Below are positions 1 to 11,749 of a stretch of DNA of 64,000 nucleotides, piece by piece. A program made the position numbers and the translations under genes. Each line of letters begins with the position of its first letter. Position 1 is the stretch's first letter. The stretch is taken from the NCBI GenBank assembly GCA_043228905.1, contig JBHGNT010000010.1, positions 2,108,001 to 2,172,000 of the forward strand, written 5' to 3'. The notes beneath the pieces were generated by a model. The model made no database searches and was not told the DNA's origin. It was given only the letters and a program-made list of their open reading frames with translations. Source of the stretch: Azolla caroliniana. Its lineage: Eukaryota > Plantae > Polypodiophyta.

Positions 1-2003
1 ATTTTCTCTACATTTAGCTTATTCTTTCATGAAGTCATAAGGACATGACTTGTGCATGTAACACTTTGCTTAGTTGTGCCATGGATAAATGGTGGATGCA
101 CTGTCATGAGACATACATGAAATGAACATCATGAGATAACATACAAAAATATTTGAAGAGTCACACTTCAGTATCTCTTGGGCATGGAACATTCAAACAT
201 CGTGATGCCCCCACTTACGAAATACAAAAGTTTGAAGGTCCATTTATCATGACCTTGGACAAAAAAACCATTTGCCCATCTTCATGCAAGAGTTTTTAGA
301 AAAAATAATTATTAGCAATCTAATGACATGTTTTAACTACTAACATTCCATACATAAAGATATTGAAATTTAATATAAGTTTGAATTATTCCTTCAATAT
401 CAAATATGTTGGAATTTTCTCTTTTATACACCATAGATTTTTTTTCCTTGCATACTTGGATCATCCTTTCCAATTTTGTGTGAGAGTTCAAACCATTTTT
501 TTCTATGGAAACCATGATATACAAAGAGAATATATGCTACATATAGGTTTGGAACCGACTTTGTTGCCATTGCAAAATTTGTTGGAACTAGAAGCTCAAC
601 TCAAGTTCGAACTCATGCTCAAAAATACTATGCAAAACTTGTACGTAACAATCAAAGCATTCTAATCAAAATAACTTGAAATTCTTTTAAGTTTCAATAC
701 GTGCATTCTTACTCTGGCTCGATTTCAAGCATTCGTGGACTTAACTTTCCACCCATCTCTTACTATGAAAATTTCCATTACATTCTCCATTAGATTAGTT
801 TGAGTAAATTATTCAAAAATGATAGGAATCGTGGTGATATGTGCACACCCATCCATGATTATTTGTCCATTGAGTAGAGCAATTCAATAATATTCGAGAG
901 TATACATAACAATACATTGACAAATAAAAAATGAACATTTAAGATATGATAATTGAAAAGACTAATTGTTGTGTAGATAAGAGACTATAAGCGATCTGGG
1001 AAAACCCAAGGGACCGGTAAAGAGCCAAAACTTCTAATTAGGAACCTACCAACATTGCAATATTGAGTGAAATACTAGTAAAAAGTTTCAAACTTCTTGT
1101 ACAAATATCTTATTGTGAAGAAGTGTTTGGGACCTTTCACTTTATTAATTGGTCGAGTTATCTTTTCATGCATGAACTAATGAGAAATCATGAAAAAATA
1201 CCACAAATTTATAGGATTCTGGTATAGATTTATTTTAGTTCAATTCATATTGTTATTTGCTATATATAATATAAACAAGGAAGTTTGAAATCTGTAATCA
1301 CTATTTTAGTGAATGTGGATCCCTATTTTGTCAAATACCATAGAGGAATATAATTTCATGTCATTGTGAATTCATCTTGGAAAATTATTTTAGTTTATTT
1401 AGATTTTGACAATTTTCTCAAGAGGCATGATGATGACTTTCCATTGAATATGAAAACCTTTTGTTATTGAGCATCATTGCATGATGTAATGGGATTACTC
1501 AGGATTAAAACAAATAAACAAGTCAATACATTCCAAATTTGTGAATCTTTGAATTGCATGCACATGAAGGTAAGTGATTTCAAATACTCTTCGGCACATT
1601 ATAAAATAGAATTGATTGATCAACTCATTCACTCTTCCGACAAGGATCACCCTTGTCAAATGTTGAATTACAAGATTTTAGAACATTTGCAATGGAGCTC
1701 ACAATGAAGGTTCTTGCTCAATGCAACATCTTCAAATTTCTAGCAACTTTAGTTCATAGTGGGAAACTCACATATTCTTCTGCTATGGGACATTTGTTTG
1801 TATCTCATATCTTCAATACTATGGAGATTCAATATAATATAAACAAGTTGGTCTCATCTTATGTGATAACCAATCATTCTTCTACACCTTAAAAAGTAGT
1901 CATTTTACTTGCCCTTGTTATGAAGAAAAGAATCTTGAGGTCCATGCAATCATTTGTAAAATGGGAAGTTGTTGGCGATCTAGAGAGCGTGAAATTACCT
2001 AAA

Positions 2004-2116
2004 GGCCATGATGTAAAATAGGAAAAGTAAAATACTTATTGGTTAGTATGAGGGGGAGCGGCCATGATATAAAATAGGACAAGTAAAATACTTAATTGGT
2101 TAATATGAGGGGGGGC
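2004..2116. repeat. Two-copy ~56-bp tandem duplication
   Basis: GGCCATGATRTAAAATAGGAMAAGTAAAATACTTA(A)TTGGTTARTATGAGGGGGRGC at 2004 and 2060. The second copy ends in a G-rich tract followed by TG, possibly an old PPT/LTR start. Confidence 0.8.
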
Positions 2117-2467
2117 GCTGTGAAATAAGACATTGAAACTAAACATCAAGATAGCGACTCACCATGTAAAATACGTAAGTAATATGAAAGACACAAATTA
2201 TGATAGAGACCAAAATGTAACTAACCATTAGTGTATAGTACAAATCCTCTTCTCTTAGAGTCTTTGTGGATTTATTTGATGCTTCTATGTTAATCAATGT
2301 AGAATAGTGTTAAATCCATGTAAAATAATGTTATTTGTGGTACCACATTAACCTATTGTTGTGTTATTCTTCTCCTCATGGTCATTTCTTGGTTTGTATA
2401 ATATGGGCACAAAAGAGGGAATAGGTAAAAGATAAGAGTGAAGATGCTCAAGGTAGAACATTGTCCA

Positions 2468-2622
2468 TTCTTGCATCTTTGTGTTAACTACCATGGTCTA
2501 TATTGCTCAACCATCAATAATTTGTATTTGTTGCCTTTCATCGACAATGTTCTCAACCACCTCTAAACTAGGAGACTTCTCCAAGATTGACCTATGGAGT
2601 ACCTATAACATGGCTTGTATCA
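2468..2622 (+). pseudogene. Highly degraded Ty3/Gypsy reverse transcriptase fragment
   Basis: Across a frameshift it reads LHLCVNYHGL..TINNLYLLPFID..FSKIDLWSTYNM, matching [36 protein letters not shown] of the Gypsy RT at ~38250-38400 in this window. Confidence 0.7.
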
Positions 2623-4014
2623 ATTTGGACAACGCATGGAAGATTGTATCCCAAAACCCACGACATTTATTTTGAATACGTTGTAATGTGATTTAGGTTT
2701 AGATAGTCTTTCAACACATGATGGACCACATTTTTCTAGGGATATATGGATCAATTCATAGTTGTGTATTTGAACTCTAGCGGGACACACCAAATATGTT
2801 TGCCTCGTGCTCACCAAGCTTGGACATGTTTATATTATTCTTCTTTGTTTATTGACATGTGTTCCACCTTATTATTGGAAGTGAGTACAAGTCTATCTTT
2901 AGCAAAAGCTTTTTCCCTTGGAACATAACACAATGTTAGAATTTTGCCATGGGTACATTTTATATCATCTTGATTCAGGACAAGTAGTTTATGAAATTTC
3001 CCATCTCTTGAAGGCTGAAGCAATACTTGTTTGAAAAATTAGACTTTTTAATGAGCATTATTATCATTCTCTCCTTTGTTGTGAAAAAAACATATATTGT
3101 TAGAAGTAAATGTTAGGGTGGATGATATATGAATCAAGATTGTGAAGTGTTTATAATTAGCATAAACCCAAGGCCAAGCAATAAATGTTGCAACACCAGT
3201 GATATTTTATTTTATTTTATTTTCCAAAAAAAGACTCTTTCCATTAGTTATAAATTTTTACAGAGAATGTTATATATAAATCCCAATAGGGACTTGATAG
3301 TTCCATCTTATGTGAAGGCCCACTAACTCGAGAAAGGGAGAGAGTGGCCATTGTTGGATTACGGCTAATCGTTGTCTTTCGACTCCATTGGATTTGCCCA
3401 TGAGGCCATCTTATTGGCTCTAGTGTGGCGACAACTTCACTACATATCTCCTCCAATAATATTGCTTGATGTACGGTTTAAACTTGAGCTTTGGCATTAA
3501 TAGGAGTTGAGTGGATATTGTCGACGGTGAAAAACAAAATCTCTTGTGCCTTTATCACCAATATCATCTCCTCCTCCCGATGTTCACACTTATCAATTGG
3601 AGCCTGCCATGATAACCAACATACATTCCACCACTTTGATTGTGCTTTGCATCTAGCATAATTGCAATAAGCGGCCGACACTAGTGATATTAATATGCTA
3701 TCGTGGATATATAGTTAATTTGATTGGATTACCATAGACAAGTATTATCATTTATGGGGACATACGAGTCTCAAGTATTGTGCATGGTGTGATGGCTATT
3801 GTTAAAATCAATGATTATGAGCTAGGTTAGGAAATGAATGTGAATACCTGAACTTCCCCTTGAGCTATGTAGTATGAAGTTTGAACTAAAGTTTGGTAAG
3901 ATTATTGCCACTCATTTATTGTCCTCATGGGACACCATAAGTTCATATACCATTGTTATTATTATATGTGTCATGCTCGTCGATGAAATATGCATAAATC
4001 TAGTTAGGAGGGTT

Positions 4015-4290
4015 GTCAAAGCCTTTCACCATCACATTGGCATCATTTTAAACAACTAGGAACAAGGGTGGTCAAAGCCTTTCACCATCACATTGGCATC
4101 ATTTTTAACAACTAGGAACAAGAGTGGTCAAAGCCTTTCACCTTCACATTGGCATCATTTTTAACAACTAGGAACAAGAGTGGTCAAAGCCTTTCACCAT
4201 CACATTGGCATCATTTTTAACAACTAGGAACAAGAGTGGTCAAAGCCTTTCACCATCACATTGGCATCATTTTTAACAACTAGGAACAAG
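4015..4290. repeat. 56-bp minisatellite, ~5 near-identical copies
   Basis: Unit GTCAAAGCCTTTCACCATCACATTGGCATCATTTTTAACAACTAGGAACAAGAGTG starts at 4015, 4071, 4127, 4183 and 4239, with no spacers. Confidence 0.95.
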
Positions 4291-4406
4291 TTAACATAAC
4301 TGTTGTACTGGATCATGTAACTCAAACCAAAATCACATATCAATGTTTTGATCTACAAAACAAGTGCATGCGTGTAATTTGACACATGAAAAATATGACT
4401 TGCAAC

Positions 4407-4810
4407 TAACAGTCCGCAACGGTTCGGTTTGAACCGAAGTGAACCACGAAACCGCGGCTTAACGGCTTAACAGCTTAAATGGTTCGGTTCAGTTTCAATA
4501 GTTAGAAACCACGGTTTAACGGTTTTTTAATTTTTAATTCTAAAAATAATAATTGTTTTAAAACAATATTTTCATTTTCAGGCCTTATTCTCACATTTTA
4601 TGAAAATCTTTAAAATTTTGAAATTTTAAAATAATGAAATATTTTAAATTTTAAAAATTGTAAATTTGAAAATTTGATTTTTGACCTAACTTGAAAACTG
4701 AAACTGAACCACGAAACTGTGGTTTTAACGGTTTGAAAATGTTTTAACAGTTTCGTGGTTCAGTTCGGTTCGGTTTTGACCCTCTCAAACTGAACCGTTG
4801 CCAATTGTTG
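4407..4810. mobile_element. Non-autonomous hAT-type MITE (404 bp)
   Basis: Imperfect TIRs: TAACAGTCCGCAACGGTTCGGTTTGA versus the right-end reverse complement CAACAATTGGCAACGGTTCAGTTTGA. 8-bp TSD CTTGCAAC (4399-4406) / CTTGCAAT (4811-4818). Subterminal AACCG/CGGTT repeats and an AT-rich core. Confidence 0.75.
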
Positions 4811-5589
4811 CTTGCAATTTTCAAAGATAAGGAACAAGGATCCACAACAACAACTAAAGAGAAATGTGTGGCATCCAAGAAACAATCTAATTTGCCTGAG
4901 CATTAAATATGGTTAAGAAGAAGAGGTTACGTGCAAACATAAAATGGCAGTATTTAGATTGGGGTCACCTAATCTTATTTAAGAGTTGAGACCCATAAAC
5001 CAAGATGTCACTTCCCTCGGTCCAATCTCATATGAGAGTATGAAATGCATTTATCTTTGGATTGTTTAAACAATTTGAAGTAGAATCCACCACAATTGTG
5101 CATGCATCGGTCAAGAGGCGAGAAAAAATATCTCATACATTTAAATCATCAAGTGGCAATGACAAATGCACCATAGAGTAGTTTGTACTAATAACCCCTA
5201 GATGCTTTGTGTCATGGCTAATTTTTAGACAAGATATCCTCCTCCTAAATCATAAGATTGTGTGCTCATTTCTAACATGGTCTCATCTTATTCTCCATTA
5301 TTTATCTTGAATTGTCACATCTAACATGGTCACATTTGCTTCGGAAAGCTCAAAATGTTTTTGCTAAGATCGATAAAGGAAGAAATTCTTTTAAATATTT
5401 GAAAAGTAAATATTTAAGAAGTGTGAATCGAATCTAAGTGTATATAATAAACATGGCTCTACTAAAATGACGAATCCAACATATGTACACGCAACCTTGG
5501 CATTCAAATTTTAATTCCTCGATAACAAGCAAATCCGTTTCTATATATATTGAAGGAGATAGAGATGTCTAACTTCATTTGAGATAGAT

Positions 5590-6030
5590 AGATAGATTAT
5601 ATTATCGTCTTCGGAGGTCAAATATGACCTATGAGAAAGAGAGATTAAAGGGAAAGACATAATCTATCATGAAGATACACAACTCGACTGAAGGGAACCC
5701 TCGGATGAAGTAGAAAGGGCTCGGTCAAAGTTCTTGCTGAAATGGGGTTGTTCTCCTATGATGGTAAAATCATCGTCAGGGCCTAAATGGAACTACCAAG
5801 CACTGAGATGGTTGTTTCCGCCTATGGCTTCCATTAGTGGACAAGAGATGTAAATATGTGGTTACCATGTAAAAAGAGTTAGTGGGATACTTTGGTTGTA
5901 AATATCAGGGTGGGGATTATGCTTAATTTTGTGTGGAGTAGTGTGAGTTTTGCTGATTATGGTTGAGCTTTGATGTACTTCGTTTGCTAACTAATGGGAA
6001 GTAGTGTTTTTTTTTGGAAAAAAAATAAAA
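5590..6030 (+). mobile_element. 5'-truncated L1-type LINE 3' end
   Basis: Encodes SGPKWNYQALRWLFPP, similar to SGPRWNYQLPRWLFPT in the LINE at ~16130. Ends in TAACTAATGGGAAGTAG...GGAAAAAAAATAAAA, similar to the tail at 16389-16425. Confidence 0.7.
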
Positions 6031-8371
6031 TCTATCATGACGACATTTTTACTATGTCACAACATCCATGCCACCTATTTCTTGAATTCCGATACATAGG
6101 GTACATCTTCATTGTTCAACCTCTAAGAAGTTCATTATTTTACATGTAGCCAAAATCCTTTGTATGTATTTTTCGTATGGTGGTAAATTTTACCTTGTTC
6201 ATAGAAGTTTTCGCACACTTGAGCATGTGGATGTGACCTAATGCCATACAACCGTTAATTTGCTCTAGTATTGGTGCAATTCGTACTATTAAGTATTGAT
6301 TTTATTTATACAAAAAAGTACTTTAAAACCTTACACATACGTATATGGATATCATGTGAGTGCCACACTTCAAAGTTCCTTATGTTATCAATACCTAAAG
6401 GACATTTATTTACCTTGTGACAACAAGGTAATTATCCAAGGATTTGTCACTCTTCTTTTCTTGGTAAGATATGACTATTAGAATAAATATGGAAGAGATC
6501 ATTCGATTGACCTTCCAACATTAGAAATATTTGACGTTCAAAAAATTGTTCATTATTGTAATTTGTAATGCAATGAAAGTCGGTAGTTTAAAACCAAATT
6601 AGGGAAAGACCGAATATTTCATATTTGGAGCACATCACAAAGAAAATGAAGAAGAAAGTGAGAAAGATGATTGTGGGGAGTAGATGAGGACACTTGACTC
6701 CTAAGAGGAAGGTAGTAATATATGATCAGGTAATGATATATGACCTTCATCCTCAACCAACATATAGTGCAAAATTGCATAAGTCTAGCCATATTGTCCA
6801 ATGTACTCTCACAATTGTGTGATTTGTCAAGGCACATTGAGGTCATGTTCACTATCATTTGATAAAATTTTCAATAATAAATCTCTCCATTTTGATGTGG
6901 CTAGATCTAATATATTTGAGCATTTATTTTAAACTTGTCTATTGGTCGAGGAGTGAAGAACAATTCTCCACTAACTCTATGCTATGATGGAGGGGAAATT
7001 TTAGAATCATTTGGTATATTTTGATTTGATGAATTGTGTAGAGTTTTATATTATTGCATGCAAATGAGTGGATTGAGATATATATGTCGATACATCCAAA
7101 GGAGAAAACAAAATTGTAATGTAGAATGAACTAAAGAGGATGAAATATGATAAGTTCCTTAAAGGTTCAAACATTTATCTCGTATACATAACCACCGACA
7201 AAAAGGGTCAAAAGCCAAGGTTTTATGTGTATGGCCTTTTAATGGATGACACTTTCATAATTTCGTTAACGTGGTTTGAAATGAGTGGGTGCAACAACAT
7301 ATCATTTGAACGAATCCAACAATTGTGAGAAATAGAAATTTGAAACACTAGCGATAAAACAATGCCATCATGGAACTCCACATCGTAATAACAACAATAA
7401 AAGAAAAATCAATAATGGCATTCGAAAGAAATAGTTTCAAAGATAACAAACTCAATATGTTAGAAAATAGTGTAGTTTATGAACGATGCCATTTATATAC
7501 ATCTCAAATGTAACAATCCAATATCCCTGGCAATCTTGGTAGGTCAATGTCCATGCCAATCCTGGGTGCCCATAAGATGTGAATTGTGCAGTATGTAGCA
7601 TCAATCTTCTACCCGTGGATGTATGCATTTCTTCATTTTAGTGCATATAAAACCACATTTTAAGTACACTTTAATTTCACTTTTCGTCCAATCTACCAAT
7701 CATTTTTAATGTAATTCCTATGTCTTCAAACTTTAAACAATTGCACATTGATTTAACTTGTACTTTCGAATGTGACGCACAACCAACTATGTAGGGAAAA
7801 CATGGATAGTGCATTTTTCCAAGCCATTCAAACTTTAAACAATTAATTATCCTTTGAGAAGGCAAAACATCATCAAGTTTAAGTTTTAAGACTTCACCAA
7901 AATAATTCACAATGACAAACCACATTATATCTTTGAATATGTATCGAGAGTCGAGACGTGAATTTCCATCGAAATTGAATTCATCAAGAAAAGTATTAGA
8001 TTTATGGTTTAGAGTTTAAGGTGTACAACCAATATCGATTGTTCCAATAGAGAGTACCCTTGTAAAGGTTATGAGTTATGATGTTCTAACTTGAAAAGTA
8101 AACACAAGGCTAACAATAGGTACAAAAGTAGAAACAGTTTCGAGTGTACACATTGACTTCTTTTTAACATCGATAACTTTACTCTTTTGTCGAGCTTTAA
8201 TGTCCTAGTGGTAACACTTGGGCCAAGGGAATTGAAGTAATAAATGAATTTGTCTCCAGACTACAATAAATAAGTAAAGCAATTCTCGTTGCTGTTCATC
8301 ACCTGCATTAGAAAATTTCCAGCCACTAGGAGTTGAACACATGGTCAACGAGATTGCATAATTACAAAGTT

Positions 8372-8408
8372 GGAGACCACTTGGCTTTGCCAAAGGGGTC
8401 TCCCCTAG
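8372..8408 (+). mobile_element. Probable Helitron 3' terminus (hairpin + CTAG|T)
   Basis: GGAGACCAC-TTGGC-TTT-GCCAA-AGGGGTCTCC hairpin. The inner stem ends 11 nt before CTAG (8405-8408), which is followed by T. The 5' end is not established. Confidence 0.5.
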
Positions 8409-8710
8409 TGTTGAGCTCTTGTACATTGTATGAAGAGAAAGAGAGGGATGGAGCTTTTGAGAGCATCAAATTCTTGTGTTGATCTATCATTACTACACAT
8501 GTGAGTGCATGTACACACACTCTTACATATCCATGTGTGTGAAAGAGAGGCAGAGCTTTTGTAAATCATAAAGATTGAATGCCCTTTTAGTGAGTTAGTT
8601 GGACCTTCAGATCGTCCAATCATGCACAACTACTTTGAAGTTGTCTAGATCATTTATAGATCTCTACTAGTTTTGTCTTTTTACACCCACAGTCATCATG
8701 TCATGCATGT

Positions 8711-10495
8711 TCACACACAAATTGCATGTAAGAGGATGTGTACAAGCATGAGATCGACGAAATATTGATGACCGACTTGTCCATACCAATTCGTGAGGGC
8801 CGGGGGCTTCCCATAATGGACACCATCACTGCAGTTGTTATCATAATGCCATGGATATGTTAGATCAAAATCATCCACTACACCCCATAAGAGTTGTGCT
8901 TCCTTAAGTTTCTCCACAAACATGTAGTTGAACATTTCCATCTTTTGGGGATTGAATGCTGCCTTTCTCGCCCACGCGGCTGTTGCGATTGTAGTCCTGT
9001 AGATGACCTTCGGTTTGGGCCTTTTCACATTGTCGAGTAACGATGACCAAAATTCAATGGCCTTCTTAACCCCCTGCTCTACGAAATGTTGCGCATATTT
9101 CCAATACATCCCATCATGAAGACCCGAGTTCATAACGATAACATCGGGTAATGAATCCTCGGAGAAGTAGGACCTTATCTGTTCTTGAAAAGCCGAATCA
9201 TTGAGCGAGAAGAGACCCTGGTGGTTCAATGAGACGTTCGAGTGGCCATTAAACATACTAGTTATCCTCACATATTGAGAAGGATCATGTGGCCTTGAAT
9301 AAGTTGTGTCGAATCGCCGAGGAACCTCGGTGATGTTTTCAAAGCCCAACACAAAGTTGAGAAAGTTCCTAATCGTGTCCACATGGTTAGAATCACCCCA
9401 GAAGAAGAGCCATTTCTTGTTAAGGCATTTCCATGCCAAATCTTGAGAGAAGACTCTAAAAGAGCAATGTGCTGAATAAACCCATCCATTGCTTTCGAGG
9501 AGGTCTAAGGGACCTTTACACCATGGTTCCACGCAATTCTCATTTGGTTTCAAGCACTTGAGCCTACCTTTAGAGTTCATAGAGCAATTCCTGTTGTATT
9601 TGGGTCTAACCCATCGACCGGACCAACCATCCAATTGAAAATCGCTAGCCTTGCATTGCTTTAATGCTTTGGGCTTGTTCTCGGGCAATGCCATTGTCAT
9701 TATGGATGTTTCTGTTGTTGTTGGTGTTGGTGTTATGTCCAAACCGTCCATTATTGTACCCGCTGGTATGAACTCGATATCCACATCTAGCATGGTCTCG
9801 TTCCGGAACCATCTTTCGGGTCTTCGATGCAAACCATGATAGTTGGAGAACATCAGTATAATCTTAAAATGGTAGAGTCCACCAAAATTGGGATGGACTT
9901 GAATCCAAATGGAGTAAGTCCCATTCCCATGGTCTAGAATGGGGGGTCTAGACTTCCAATTTGGTCCAGAGAGATCAGTTTCATAGTAGTCACCACCATA
10001 GCATCTCCTACTGCCATTGGCATCCAAAGAGACAAGAGTCAGTAGGTGAACAGAGCCAGTGCTGAAGGTTTTGGGCATGGAGCCCAATATATGGGCAGTT
10101 GAAGTGGGGAGATGATGGCAAGCCAGGGTACCATTGTGTTGTAGGCGGGTGAAATATGTCTGAGTATAATGTGAGATAGAGGGGAGAAGGAGGGGCCAAT
10201 AATCATGGGAGGCTTCATGGTGATGATGATGGTTGTTGTGGCTACTGAGAAGGGGAACAGGGGAGGGGTTTCTTCCATAGAAGAGATGGAGGTGAGCAGG
10301 GGTGAGGAGAGCTAGGTTAGTCTCCAGGAAGAAATTGGAGCCTGTGGTGGAGAAGAGGAGGAGCAATAGCATACTGAAGGAGATGGCGATGGTGAAGGTC
10401 GTTTTGGCGATAGGAATCTGAAGGCCGGGAGGAGAAGCTGAAGAGGAGAGGCCCAATTTCTTTGGTTCCAATGGAGGAAGCTGGGTGTAAGCCAT
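8711..10495 (-). CDS. Intronless NXPE/PC-esterase-like (SGNH-fold) type II membrane protein, putative O-acyltransferase/esterase, 594 aa
   Basis: Open frame from ATG 10495 (MAYTQLPP). N-terminal hydrophobic segment (FTIAISFSMLLLLLF), an Ig/filamin-like block (RCYGGDYYETDL..DHGNGTY), a Cys-rich linker, FWGDSN (GDS motif) and C-terminal SDGVH (DxxH motif). The ORF-track extension to 10681 runs through a microsatellite and is treated as 5' UTR. Confidence 0.85.
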   Translation of the reverse strand: MAYTQLPPLEPKKLGLSSSASPPGLQIPIAKTTFTIAISFSMLLLLLFSTTGSNFFLETNLALLTPAHLHLFYGRNPSPVPLLSSHNNHHHHHEASHDYWPLLLPSISHYTQTYFTRLQHNGTLACHHLPTSTAHILGSMPKTFSTGSVHLLTLVSLDANGSRRCYGGDYYETDLSGPNWKSRPPILDHGNGTYSIWIQVHPNFGGLYHFKIILMFSNYHGLHRRPERWFRNETMLDVDIEFIPAGTIMDGLDITPTPTTTETSIMTMALPENKPKALKQCKASDFQLDGWSGRWVRPKYNRNCSMNSKGRLKCLKPNENCVEPWCKGPLDLLESNGWVYSAHCSFRVFSQDLAWKCLNKKWLFFWGDSNHVDTIRNFLNFVLGFENITEVPRRFDTTYSRPHDPSQYVRITSMFNGHSNVSLNHQGLFSLNDSAFQEQIRSYFSEDSLPDVIVMNSGLHDGMYWKYAQHFVEQGVKKAIEFWSSLLDNVKRPKPKVIYRTTIATAAWARKAAFNPQKMEMFNYMFVEKLKEAQLLWGVVDDFDLTYPWHYDNNCSDGVHYGKPPALTNWYGQVGHQYFVDLMLVHILLHAICV

Positions 10496-10558
10496 GGCTG
10501 AGGCAGAGAGCTCTGGAGTCTGTGATATGTATGTCTGCAGGTGGAATGGAACAGGGGA

Positions 10559-10950
10559 AGAGAGAGAGAGAGAGAGAGAGAGAGTGTGTGTGTGTGTATG
10601 TGTGGAAGGAGAAGGTTGTTGGGGGTGGGTACACTTTTTATAGCCTATTGGGCGGTTGTCTTTTTCTTGGTACACATTCATGTACGTACATACTTACCGT
10701 ATATTGACCTTTATTATACACATACGGTTACCTTTATACGTACACACACGCACACACACACACATTACATACTTGCATCCCCATCCTCGTGTATACCTAT
10801 TGCCTTTATACGTGTACACTTTCACCATCCCGTGCACCTATCGCCTTCCGTGTATGTATACACATACTCACACATTATCGCCATGTATGTGTATATTGCC
10901 TTTCTTCTTCTTCCTCCTCCTCCTCCTCCTCCTCCTCCTCCTCCTCTTCT
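10559..10950. repeat. Microsatellite cluster (AG)n(TG)n, (CA)n, (CCT)n upstream of the gene
   Basis: Simple repeats are directly visible and explain the many low-complexity ORFs here. Confidence 0.9.
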
Positions 10951-11225
10951 TCTCGTTACACAACTGCGCTCTAAGAGTAGTGTATAGCAATCGCCTTCAT
11001 TACACATGTATCCATATCTTGTCCTACATCTACCAGCAATCACTTTCTCTTCACACACGCAATACACACTATGACGGTGGCCCCGACACACTCACACTTT
11101 CTTTCTTTTCCCCCCTGATGTATATGCTCTCTCCCCTTTCTCTCAAAGATGAGACAAATGTTTTAAGATGCAATCTCTCACTCCATGGTAATTGACATGT
11201 CTTTCTCTCTTTCTCTCTCTCATTA

Positions 11226-11325
11226 NNNNNNNNNNNNNNNNNNNNNNNNNNNNNNNNNNNNNNNNNNNNNNNNNNNNNNNNNNNNNNNNNNNNNNNNNNN
11301 NNNNNNNNNNNNNNNNNNNNNNNNN
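11226..11325. other. Assembly gap (100 N)
   Basis: Run of exactly 100 N, a placeholder for a gap of unknown size. Confidence 1.
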
Positions 11326-11749
11326 ATTTCATTTGAACTCATCACTATATATGTATGTATATATATAGTATGTATGTATGTATGTATGCTATGTCTACAA
11401 CTTTTTTAATGGTCCATGTATATATGCATCAATTATTTGCCCAAACTTGGCTCGTCATAGATTAGTATAATGTAAACATTCTCGTAGGTAGTATTAGTGC
11501 TAGATTGTTTAGCCTTAAGACGCGACCCCCATCTAAATTGATAGGGGCAAACCCCTCAAAGCTAAATCATTCCATATTCAAGCAACGAGAGTCAAGATCA
11601 CATTAAAAAACATTATTTCCTTCAAATTATCACATTTAAATTCAGAAAATAAAGTCAAAAATATCTTTTCATTAGTTATAAACAATTGTTACAAGACTGT
11701 TGACCTACTGTCAAGCTTCCCTTGATATGTTGCACTCTTCCATGGGTCC

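Noticed and set aside
1-1950. Decayed coding-like AT-rich sequence
   Set aside because: No motif could be assigned in any frame; probably old TE debris.
4015-4290. CRISPR-like array
   Set aside because: Units are contiguous with no unique spacers, there are no cas genes, and the context is eukaryotic.
10317-11409. Cluster of overlapping ORFs (HTHT, RERE, poly-P/L/S/G)
   Set aside because: Translations of microsatellites and of the N gap; the same applies to the ORFs at 17100-18340 and 19933-20431.
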